Below are positions 17,902 to 26,427 of a stretch of 64,000 nucleotides of DNA, piece by piece; position 1 is the first letter of the stretch, and each line of letters opens with the position of its first letter. The stretch spans positions 64,001 through 128,000 of the forward strand of contig JASGHG010000001.1 of assembly GCA_047602425.1 (NCBI GenBank), written 5' to 3'. A program made the position numbers and the translations under genes. The notes beneath the pieces were generated by a model that saw nothing but the letters and a program-made list of their open reading frames with translations, made no database searches and had not been told where the DNA came from. Origin of the DNA: Nibricoccus sp. (GTDB lineage: Bacteria > Verrucomicrobiota > Verrucomicrobiia > Opitutales > Opitutaceae).

Positions 17902-19056
17902 ATGAGCACATCAGCCGCTGCAGATAAAACATCACCCACCGCGATCGCCTCGCCACAACCCGCGGCGACCACGACCAAACCAGTCAAAACCGCCACTAAA
18001 ACCATTTTGGCCGGTTTCGATCTGGGCACCAACAAATCCTGCATCCTCGCCGGACCCGCGGGCACCAACGACATCACCCTCAGCAAGGTCATTCCGAGCG
18101 TAGTCGGCTACGTCAAGGAAGGCATTGTCGATGGCATCATCGCCGGCAATGCCACCATTCTTTTTGGTGAAGACGCGCTAGCCAACAGCCTGCATGTCGA
18201 CCTCATTGCCCCGATCGCCGAGGGCGTCATCGCCCACCCGCACGCCACGCGGGATTTTTTCCAACGCGTTCGCTCCCTTATCGATCCCGCCAATCAGGCT
18301 GAGATTCGCATCGTCGTCGGCATTCCCGCCAATGCCGACGAGACCGCCCGCGAAGACATTCGCCAATGCTCACTCGGCATCTTTGACCGCATTTTACTCA
18401 TTCCCGAACCATTCCTCGCTGCCCTCGGCTTCCGCGACGATTCGCGCGTGGGCCAGCCGGGTTACGTCGACCCGGTGACCAATGCTCTCTTCATCGACAT
18501 CGGCGGAGGCACCAGCGATCTCTGCCGCGTGCAAGGCTATTTCCCTTCGCGCGAAGACCAGATCTGCATTCCTTTCGCCGGCGATGCAATCGACGAAATC
18601 CTCCACACCGAACTCGATCGTTTGTATCCAAATAATGGATTGTCCCGGCACAAGGTCCGCGAAATCAAAGAGGCCCATTGCTACGTCGGACCCGTCCGCA
18701 AACCGATCGATGTCCGTGTGATCATCGGCGGTAAAGCCCACATGCTCGAACTCGGCGAAGCGCTCGGACGTGCCGCAAACACCCTGATCGACAAAATTTA
18801 TCCTTCGCTCACCGCGCTGATCAGCCGCGCTTCCTCCGACTCTGTCGTGACGCTCCTGCAGAACATCATCATCACCGGCGGCGGTTCGCAGATCAAAGGC
18901 ATCGATACCGTGCTTCAAAAGCGGCTCGCCGACGATGGCTTCGAAGCTCCCAAGGTCCGTCTCGCCGGTCAGGACTACAAGCGTTACGTCGCGATGGGCG
19001 CCCTCAAGGCCGCCCGTGCCGCCCGCGAAAACCAATGGCAATATTTGCTGAGATAA
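17902..19056 (+). CDS. Actin-like ATPase, MamK-like
   Basis: Phosphate-1 GFDLGT, connect-1 EPFLAALG, phosphate-2 IDIGGGTSD, adenosine ITGGGSQI. MamK-type features: SVVGY, G.FP..EDQ, LQNII, C-terminal W..L. Confidence 0.85.
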   Translation: MSTSAAADKTSPTAIASPQPAATTTKPVKTATKTILAGFDLGTNKSCILAGPAGTNDITLSKVIPSVVGYVKEGIVDGIIAGNATILFGEDALANSLHVDLIAPIAEGVIAHPHATRDFFQRVRSLIDPANQAEIRIVVGIPANADETAREDIRQCSLGIFDRILLIPEPFLAALGFRDDSRVGQPGYVDPVTNALFIDIGGGTSDLCRVQGYFPSREDQICIPFAGDAIDEILHTELDRLYPNNGLSRHKVREIKEAHCYVGPVRKPIDVRVIIGGKAHMLELGEALGRAANTLIDKIYPSLTALISRASSDSVVTLLQNIIITGGGSQIKGIDTVLQKRLADDGFEAPKVRLAGQDYKRYVAMGALKAARAARENQWQYLLR

Positions 19057-19092
19057 AAACCCGCTAGCATTCCGGGATCTCATCCTCAGCTG

Positions 19093-19122
19093 GGCGGACG
19101 CGCAACCCGCGTCCGCCTTTTT
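19093..19122 (+). terminator. Rho-independent terminator after the actin-like gene
   Basis: GGCGGACGCG-CAACC-CGCGTCCGCC-TTTTT. Confidence 0.85.
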
Positions 19123-19153
19123 GTCCCAATTGACTGGGATAGGTCGAAAAAAA

Positions 19154-19510
19154 TCAGCCCAGATCTTTTCCTTGTTCTCGGGCTATCACCCACGCCAGCA
19201 TCAGCAACGAACGCTCGGCATCCGGCATCGCCGACTGAGCCTTTAAGATGAGGTGCAACCGCTGGCGGGGCACGCCGAGAAAACGCGCGAGGCGCACTTT
19301 CTCACCCCGTTTCACCAGCTGGCTGGTCACGCGCCTCCGCAGTTCGTTCCACAGCGGAGTATCGACTCCGGGTTTGAGCCCCTCGCCCGCTTTGCCCGAA
19401 CGCCGATGCGCCAGTTTGGCCGTCTGCAGCAAGGTTTCGCGCGCAGCGTTAACCAACGCTTCCATTACAGAATCCAGCATTTCCAATCTGGGATGAATCG
19501 AATTACTCAT
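19154..19510 (-). CDS. Small putative HTH (XRE/Cro-like) DNA-binding protein
   Basis: GEKVRLARFLGVPRQRLHLIL..MPDAERSL fits a helix-turn-helix pattern; basic protein. Confidence 0.7.
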   Translation of the reverse strand: MSNSIHPRLEMLDSVMEALVNAARETLLQTAKLAHRRSGKAGEGLKPGVDTPLWNELRRRVTSQLVKRGEKVRLARFLGVPRQRLHLILKAQSAMPDAERSLLMLAWVIAREQGKDLG

Positions 19511-19535
19511 GGTTTTTTAGATCTAGTCACTGATT

Positions 19536-19556
19536 GCGTCATCCATTGGATGACGC
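19536..19556. promoter_or_regulatory. GTCAT-N7-ATGAC palindrome, copy 2 (candidate operator)
   Basis: GCGTCATCCA-T-TGGATGACGC, perfect 21-bp palindrome 25 bp upstream of the HTH gene start. Confidence 0.75.
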
Positions 19557-19611
19557 TCATGCGGAAAATCTCAGGAACCGTTGTAATTCAAAAATCCCAT
19601 CTTGCCAGCCC

Positions 19612-19634
19612 ATTGTCATCTATTGGATGACAAT
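19612..19634. promoter_or_regulatory. GTCAT-N7-ATGAC palindrome, copy 3 (candidate operator)
   Basis: ATTGTCATCTA-T-TGGATGACAAT, one mismatch; centre is 77 bp from copy 2. Confidence 0.75.
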
Positions 19635-19783
19635 CTGCCTGGGCAGCCATTTGCCGCGACACCGGTCAAGGGCTGGACCAGTCTGGCGCTATCCGCAGTG
19701 CCTCGAGCTATCGGATGGTAAACGGAGTCATTCTCGGGTCGGCGAAGATACGTTGCTTCTGCTATCGCGTCGTTTGAAACGAT

Positions 19784-22057
19784 CTAACGTGGCGCGGGGA
19801 CGCTTGCTACATCGACCTTGCCGGCAGAGGTCGCGGCGCCTTCGGCGAGGGTGCGACTGGTTCGATAGTCCACCTTGCCGGTGCCCAGCATGGGAATGCT
19901 TTCCACGCGCAGGACATTTCTCGGTATCCAAAGGTTCGGCAGGCCCGCCGTGAGAAGAACTTCCCGCACGTGATCGGTGCCGATATCCTCGGTCGTCAGC
20001 AAAACTAGCGCCTCGCCTTTGGCCGGGTCTGGTATGCTGACTACAATCACTTTCGGGGCGTCCAATTGATCCAGGCCGAGACCGTCAGCCAGCTTCTGCT
20101 CAATCGTCGCCAGCGGCACCATTTCGCCCGCGATTTTGGCAAAACGCGAAAGCCGGCCTTCGATATGAAGGAAGCCTTCCGCATCGAACCGAGCGAGATC
20201 GCCCGTGACCAGCCAGCCATCACGGAAGGCCGCGGCGGTCTTCGCTGGATCCTTCAGATAGCCGCCAAACACATTCGCCCCGCGCAGCAAAAGAATCCCG
20301 GTCTCGGTCAGCGCCAGTTCGTCGTGCGTATCTGGATCGACAATACGTGCGGTCAATCCCGGGAGCATGCGACCCACGGAGCCGAGGCGTTTTCCGTGCT
20401 GGTGTTCGGCCGTCGATGTGGTGATGGGCGGATCGGGCTGGTTGACGTTGGTGACAGGGGTTGTTTCGGTCAAACCGTAGCCTTGGAGGATTTCGATGTG
20501 AAATTTCTCCATGAACGCGTCGTAGAGCTCGATTGGCATTTTTTCCGCGCCCGAGACGACAAGTTCCAGGGAACGCAGTTCGCCTTCCTCCGCTTTCTTC
20601 AACAACGGCCTCAAAAATGAGGGCGCCCCAATCAGCACCGAGGCGGATTCCTCGCGCACTCCATCCACGATTTTGCGCGTATCCAGCGGGCCCGGCACCG
20701 TGACCACGCGGCAACCGCGCAGCATCATGTACCAGAGCGTAACGGTGGAGCCAAAACTATGAAAGAGCGGCAGGCAGGCCAGCACGGTCGCCGTGTTGGG
20801 AAGAATGGCCATCGAGGAAATCTGCCAGCAGTTGGCCAGAACGTTCCGATGGGTCAGCACGACCCCTTTCGGCTCGCCAGAACTTCCGCTGGTGAAAAGC
20901 AGGCACGCTTCATCATCGCCGCCTCTGCGGGGCAAGCCGAGCAAGGTCGGTATAATCTGGTTCGGCAACGTCCACACCAGGGCCAGCCAGAACAACAGCC
21001 GGCCTTTGCCCGTAGCCATGATTTCACTTTTCAGGTCGAGAGTGCGCTCCGGCCAGGGAAAGTCGGGAAACTTCACCTTCATCGCATCGGCGGAGATCAC
21101 CGTTTTGACTTCCGCGAGTTGCAGACTCGTTTCGACAGCGGTACGGCCCGCGGTGAAATTGAGGTTAACGGGAATCTTGCCCGCGCAAACCACGGCGAGG
21201 TTCGCGATGAAGCCGCCCGCTCCCGGCGGCAACACAATGCCCACACGACGCTCCGGAACCATCTTGCGCAAACGGCGGGAGTACGCCGCCGCCACACCCA
21301 AGAGGCGTGCGGCAGTGACCTCGCGCCGCTCCGCCGTGCGATCGATCACTTCCACATGCGCCGGCCGTTTCGCCAACGATCGCACCACTTCGCGGCCGAG
21401 ATGCCGGCGCAACACCGGTCGTTCGTGAAATGCGATGGCTCCCAGATCGAGCAACTCCCGGCGCACCGTCATTGCATCGGCTTTATGCGCGACCAGAGGT
21501 TTGCCAAAGCAAACGCAGATGTGGGTCGGCATGAGGCGCGGCGATTTGAAAAGATATTTGTTACCCGAAAACGTGAAGACTGAACCCCAAATGCCGTCGT
21601 GCGCGACCGGAACTACCGGCACACCGGCCTTGCGCGCCATGATTTCGAATCCGCGTTGAACTTCCATCAATTGACCGGTTCTGGAAATTTCGCCTTCCGG
21701 AAAAAGACAAACCGCGTCACCGGCCTTGAGCGCATCGATCACCTTGCGCGTGCTGGCCAAAGTGTGTTTCGGCGAAATCACAATCGCGCCGCTGATCCGC
21801 ACCACCCACTCGAAAAACCAGTGATGGTTCAACTGCTCGTGGGCCACAAAACGCAGCCTCCGGTTGCGGCAGGCGAGTTGCATGATAACCGCGTCCACGT
21901 ATGAAAGGTGATTGGGCAAAATCAGCACGCCGCCTTTCTCCGGAATATTTTCCGAGCCGATGACACGCACGCGATACAGCAGGAGCGCCACGATCCCCAC
22001 AAGAATCTCAAGGGGCCAAGGCAGATAAGTGCGGCGAAGGGAGGCTGGAAGGGCCAT
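19784..22057 (-). CDS. aas: Aas-like bifunctional acyltransferase / acyl-ACP synthetase
   Basis: PlsC motifs NHLSYVD and FPEG; AMP-binding motifs FTSGSSGEPKG, QGYGLTE, TGD, GRLSRFAKIAGEMV. Confidence 0.85.
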   Translation of the reverse strand: MALPASLRRTYLPWPLEILVGIVALLLYRVRVIGSENIPEKGGVLILPNHLSYVDAVIMQLACRNRRLRFVAHEQLNHHWFFEWVVRISGAIVISPKHTLASTRKVIDALKAGDAVCLFPEGEISRTGQLMEVQRGFEIMARKAGVPVVPVAHDGIWGSVFTFSGNKYLFKSPRLMPTHICVCFGKPLVAHKADAMTVRRELLDLGAIAFHERPVLRRHLGREVVRSLAKRPAHVEVIDRTAERREVTAARLLGVAAAYSRRLRKMVPERRVGIVLPPGAGGFIANLAVVCAGKIPVNLNFTAGRTAVETSLQLAEVKTVISADAMKVKFPDFPWPERTLDLKSEIMATGKGRLLFWLALVWTLPNQIIPTLLGLPRRGGDDEACLLFTSGSSGEPKGVVLTHRNVLANCWQISSMAILPNTATVLACLPLFHSFGSTVTLWYMMLRGCRVVTVPGPLDTRKIVDGVREESASVLIGAPSFLRPLLKKAEEGELRSLELVVSGAEKMPIELYDAFMEKFHIEILQGYGLTETTPVTNVNQPDPPITTSTAEHQHGKRLGSVGRMLPGLTARIVDPDTHDELALTETGILLLRGANVFGGYLKDPAKTAAAFRDGWLVTGDLARFDAEGFLHIEGRLSRFAKIAGEMVPLATIEQKLADGLGLDQLDAPKVIVVSIPDPAKGEALVLLTTEDIGTDHVREVLLTAGLPNLWIPRNVLRVESIPMLGTGKVDYRTSRTLAEGAATSAGKVDVASVPAPR

Positions 22058-22182
22058 GCAGTTCGAGGGGTTAGACGAGCATCCGGGGGGAAAATCTCAA
22101 TCAAATCTTTCCGGGCAAGCCGCGCGGCTATTTACCAGTCCACCTTCTAGCGGTTTCCGACGATCCGAAAAATCTGCAACTG

Positions 22183-22825
22183 CTAGGGTATCGGGTGCTT
22201 CCATGATCGCAAGTCGTTCGCCAGCGCACGAAAACCCGGAAAATCGTTTTCCAATCGCCGCGTGTCGCGAGCGTGGCGCCGCGCCTCTGCAAGGGCGCAG
22301 TCAATCTCATGAGGAAGGCTGGGCCGTTCCGTGCCATAGACGCGCACCTTGAGTTCGTGGCGTGTGTACGGCGGCCGGTTTTCCTCCTGGCCCTGCAACC
22401 AGACAGTCTCGGTCACCTTTTCGTCGCGGTCCGCACAAGTACCAGCTTTCGATCGCTGGAACGGCCACGCCCACCCCGCGCAAAATCCGCGTACGCCCCC
22501 GCGCCGGTGGCAGTTTTTTCACTGTCTGCCGAAAGACCGCGCGCAACTGGCACAGCCTGCAATGGGGGTGAAAATAGCCAGGCGCATCGTGCGGCTCGGT
22601 ATGCACGACCGAGTCGTCCGCATCCACCACTACAGCGAGCCCGACCGCATCGGTGTTGAAGTGCAGGTGACGAATAATCGCCGGCATGACCTGCGCCACG
22701 GAAGGCCAGCCGCGCGCACGCAGGGCGGCTTGGACCAGTTGAATTGGTTCGTCCAGTACCCCTTCAATCAAAACTCGGAGCGCCGCTTCGTCCGCAGGCG
22801 ATTCGCTCAGGATCGCGAGTTTCAT
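22183..22825 (-). pseudogene. Frameshifted TOPRIM-like (DUF4276-like) partner of the ABC ATPase
   Basis: N-part MKLAILSESPADE..VVVDADD..PAIESWYLCG joins the C-part RDEKVTETVWLQG...RSWKHPIP (ORF 22183..22416) if one base at 22428/22429 is removed, giving 213 aa. Could be a sequencing error. Confidence 0.75.
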
Positions 22826-22874
22826 GCGATTGGACTTGGTTCAGTCACCTCACACGAAACCGTTTTTCTATGCC

Positions 22875-23885
22875 TCATTCGCGCTCCTCCGGATCTTTTT
22901 CCCGCGGAACACCGCCTAAAACACCCGAGAACCAAATATCGCCCAGCGGGCCTTCGCTCAATAACTCCTGATAGTCCGGGCGGTCCACCAATCTCTCGAA
23001 ACGCGCTTCAAGGCCCTCCTTCTGAGCGATCACCACTTCCTCCGGATGTTCCTTGAACAGGTCGAGCAGGTAGGGCGAATGCGTGGTCGCCACGATCTGC
23101 ACCGGCGCGCGTTTTTCGCCGAAAGATTCCGGATGGCTCAAACGGTACAACGCGTCGCGGATTTCGCGCAGGAGCCGCGGATGGATTCCACGGTCAATTT
23201 CCTCGATGCAAATGATCGAAGGCGGCGAGGGATCAAGCGCCAGCACCAGCGTGGCGAGGGTGTAGAGTGTGCCTTGCGACATCGCGTCGGCGAGGATGCG
23301 CTCGTTGCTGTCCGCAAATCGCGCGGCCAGCGCCACCTTTCCGTCCGCTTGCTGAACCACCTCCAATCCACCAAACTCCGTCAGCAACCGGCAAAATTCC
23401 GCTTCAAGCCGCTCAAAGGTCTCCGGCCGCTGATGCTGCCAGCGGGCGACCACGGCCGCGACGTTGCCGGCATTGCCAGCGAGTTCGACGCTGGCATCGC
23501 GTTTCGCCGGCTCCGCCATCGCATAGTGATCGAAAAGGTAACTGCGGATGCGCAAAATCTCGCTCATCGCTTGCGACCAAAGCTCGGGCGAGGGACTTCG
23601 CACCTTCAGCAGGTCGCACGCAAAATCAGTTGAGCAAGCAAGCGAGACCTCAAGTTCTTCAAATGGAGCGGTGAAACGAAAATCGATTTCCGGGCTGGCA
23701 AAGGGAGGAGTCGTGCCGTGCGCGTCTTTGACCGGAAGTTTGGTCAACCCGCGCAGGAGCAGCAGCGCCTGAATCAGACTCGTTTTGCCCGAACCATTGG
23801 GCCCCACCACAAGATTGAAAGGAGCCAGGGCGAGGCTGGTGTTTCGCAGCGCCTTGAAGTTCTTGAATGTGACAGAGGCGATCAC
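22875..23885 (-). CDS. ABC-type ATPase (AAA_21/AAA_15-like)
   Basis: FKNFKAL, Walker A GPNGSGKT, signature MSQGT, Walker B/D-loop IEEIDRGIHP, H-loop TTHSP; no TM partner. Confidence 0.9.
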   Translation of the reverse strand: MIASVTFKNFKALRNTSLALAPFNLVVGPNGSGKTSLIQALLLLRGLTKLPVKDAHGTTPPFASPEIDFRFTAPFEELEVSLACSTDFACDLLKVRSPSPELWSQAMSEILRIRSYLFDHYAMAEPAKRDASVELAGNAGNVAAVVARWQHQRPETFERLEAEFCRLLTEFGGLEVVQQADGKVALAARFADSNERILADAMSQGTLYTLATLVLALDPSPPSIICIEEIDRGIHPRLLREIRDALYRLSHPESFGEKRAPVQIVATTHSPYLLDLFKEHPEEVVIAQKEGLEARFERLVDRPDYQELLSEGPLGDIWFSGVLGGVPREKDPEERE

Positions 23886-23951
23886 GACCGAACGTTAGTC
23901 CACAAAAGGCCGTTCGGCCAGCCCGCAATCGAGCAAGCGCAACGCGAATGC

Positions 23952-25511
23952 TCAAACGCGGATGCCCAGTTCGTCGATGCGTTTGCGCAACGTGGCACGG
24001 GTGATGCCGAGTTGTTCCGAGGCCTTCAGGATGTTGCCGCCTTGGGCGACGACCACGCGTTTGATCATTTCGCGTTCGATGCGTTCCAGAATCGGCTCTT
24101 CCGATTTTCCGAGTTCCTCGTGCAAAAAATCCAGCGCGCCGTCGATCGTCAGCGCCGGTTGCGCCGCTGCGGCGGCGAGCGCGGCCGTCACATGCTTGGC
24201 GCGGGTAAGCGCGGCGCCTTCGGAGACGGCCGTGCGCATCGCATCAAATGGAGCACTGGTCGCCGGCACCGTCACTGAAATCTCGGGAGCGAGAATGGGC
24301 GCGGCGGCGGCCGGAAGCGCTCCGACCGCATCGCGGATTTCCTGAGGCAGATCCTTGGGCAAAATTGTGTCGCCTTGCGCAATGACCGCACTGCGGTAGA
24401 CGACGTTTTCCAGTTCGCGCACATTGCCCTGCCAGCGGTGGCGCACGAGAATCGCCATTGTCTCGGGCGAAACCTTGCTCACGCGCGCCTTCTTTTGCTT
24501 AACCAGGTTCTGGAGGCAAAAGTCGACAATCTGCGGAATATCGTCCGGACGCTCGCGCAAGGCCGGCATCTTGATGCGCACGACATTGAGGCGGTAATAA
24601 AGATCCTCGCGGAAGGTTTTGGCTTTGACCATTTCCTCCAGGTCTTTGTTCGTCGCGGCGATGATGCGGACGTCGACTTTGATCGTCTCCATGCCGCCCA
24701 CGCGCTGGATTTCGCCCTGCTGGAGGACGCGCAGGATTTTCGTCTGCGTCGCAAGCGCCATGTCGCCTATTTCGTCGAGGAAGATCGTGCCGCCATCACA
24801 GAGTTCGAACTTGCCGATACGCTGGCCGGTCGCACCGGTGAACGAACCTTTTTCATGACCGAAAAGTTCGCTCTCGATGAGGTTGTCGGGAATGGCCGCG
24901 CAATTGACCGCGATGAACGGCTTCGCCGCACGGTGACTGTGTTTCCAAATCGAACGGGCGACAAGCTCCTTGCCGGTGCCGCTTTCGCCCGTGACCATCA
25001 CGGTCACGTCGCTGGCGGTGATTTGTCCGATAATTTTGAATACATCCTGCATCACCGGCGAACTGCCGACGATGCCTTCCTTATAGTCTTCACTGTTGAT
25101 CGTCGGTTTGTATTCGCCGACGGCGCGGATTTCGGCGTGGGCCTTGAGCGCGTTTTCAGCCAGTGCGAGCACCTTCGCGGGGTCGAAGGGCTTCATGATG
25201 TAGTCGAACGCCCCGTATTTCATGGCCTCGATCGCCGTCTGGGCAGTGCCAAAAGCGGTCATCAGCACCACCATTTGCTTGGGGTTGGTTGACCGGATGT
25301 GCTGAAGCGCCTCGATGCCGCTCATGCCGCTCATGCGGATATCCAGAAATACGAGATCCGGGGGGCTCTTTTTCACCGCTGCCACGCCCAGCTCGCCGCT
25401 CGGAGCTTCGATCACTTGGTATCCGCGCGAAGAAAGCACCCGCGAAAGCGAGTAACGAATCTCGGAATCATCGTCGATGATCAGAATGGTGGGCTTGGCA
25501 ATGGTGGACAT
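23952..25511 (-). CDS. Sigma-54-dependent response regulator (NtrC family)
   Basis: Receiver domain (IIDDD, LDIRM), [33 protein letters not shown]-terminal Fis HTH. Start 25511 or 25517. Confidence 0.95.
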   Translation of the reverse strand: MSTIAKPTILIIDDDSEIRYSLSRVLSSRGYQVIEAPSGELGVAAVKKSPPDLVFLDIRMSGMSGIEALQHIRSTNPKQMVVLMTAFGTAQTAIEAMKYGAFDYIMKPFDPAKVLALAENALKAHAEIRAVGEYKPTINSEDYKEGIVGSSPVMQDVFKIIGQITASDVTVMVTGESGTGKELVARSIWKHSHRAAKPFIAVNCAAIPDNLIESELFGHEKGSFTGATGQRIGKFELCDGGTIFLDEIGDMALATQTKILRVLQQGEIQRVGGMETIKVDVRIIAATNKDLEEMVKAKTFREDLYYRLNVVRIKMPALRERPDDIPQIVDFCLQNLVKQKKARVSKVSPETMAILVRHRWQGNVRELENVVYRSAVIAQGDTILPKDLPQEIRDAVGALPAAAAPILAPEISVTVPATSAPFDAMRTAVSEGAALTRAKHVTAALAAAAAQPALTIDGALDFLHEELGKSEEPILERIEREMIKRVVVAQGGNILKASEQLGITRATLRKRIDELGIRV

Positions 25512-25576
25512 GAGCATGCGCGATTAGCGCGGATTTGTTCTAGCGAAGTGGGAGAAACACGGTTTGCTTAAACCAA

Positions 25577-26419
25577 ATGCTCAACGGGTCAATTAGGTTG
25601 TTCCGCGTCGCCGGTATCCAACTGTCGGTGCATAACACATTTTTCCTGCTCCTCGCCTACTACGCGTGGGATGGTTGGCAGGACGCGGGCGGTCATGGGA
25701 GCGCCGGCGCAATCAGTGCGCTGGTGAGCGCGAGCCTCGTATTGTTTCTTTTCATATTTGTGGTTCTGCACGAATTCGGCCACGCGTTCGCCGCCCGACA
25801 TTATGGCATCGCCGTCCCTCGCATCCTTCTGTTGCCCATTGGCGGTATGGCCCAGATGAGCGCGATTCCGCGCAATCCCTGGCAGGAGTTCGTCATCACC
25901 ATCGCGGGCCCCGCGGTAAACTTCGCAATCGTGGGTTTCATGATGATTTTTGCGCCTTTCCACACCGAGCAAATATTGGCCCACGTTCGCCAATTTCTCG
26001 GACTGAAGGTGACCCCGGGAACGGACATGGAACTCGCCTGGCCGCAATTCATCATGTTGATGAACTTGCTCATGGGCTGCTTCAATCTGATCCCTGTGTT
26101 TCCCATGGACGGCGGCCGCATGTTGCGTGCGACGCTTGCCTCGCGATTGCCTTACGTAAAAGCAACGTGGATCGCCGCAACCATCGCCAAGGTGCTGGCG
26201 GTGGCCGGCGTTCTCCTCGCGCTTTTTTGGTTCGACCCGGCGCGCATTCAACTGGCCCTTCTCTTCGGTTTCATCTTTTTCGCCGGACACTCCGAATATA
26301 AAATGGTTCAACGCCGCGAAGCCGAAGATGCCCAATGGCGTCAGATGCTCGCCGAACTGCACGCCAGGTCCTTGCACGTGGCTCCGTCGCCAGTCGCACC
26401 GCCGGAAAAGCATTCTTAA
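25577..26419 (+). CDS. Site-2 protease (M50)
   Basis: HEFGH, AGPAVN, NLIPVFPMDGGR, several TM helices. Confidence 0.93.
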   Translation: MLNGSIRLFRVAGIQLSVHNTFFLLLAYYAWDGWQDAGGHGSAGAISALVSASLVLFLFIFVVLHEFGHAFAARHYGIAVPRILLLPIGGMAQMSAIPRNPWQEFVITIAGPAVNFAIVGFMMIFAPFHTEQILAHVRQFLGLKVTPGTDMELAWPQFIMLMNLLMGCFNLIPVFPMDGGRMLRATLASRLPYVKATWIAATIAKVLAVAGVLLALFWFDPARIQLALLFGFIFFAGHSEYKMVQRREAEDAQWRQMLAELHARSLHVAPSPVAPPEKHS

Positions 26420-26427
26420 AGACGTTA

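Noticed and set aside
17902..19056. Magnetosome island or mreB call
   Set aside because: No other mam/mms genes and no mreC/mreD in the window, so no gene symbol was assigned.
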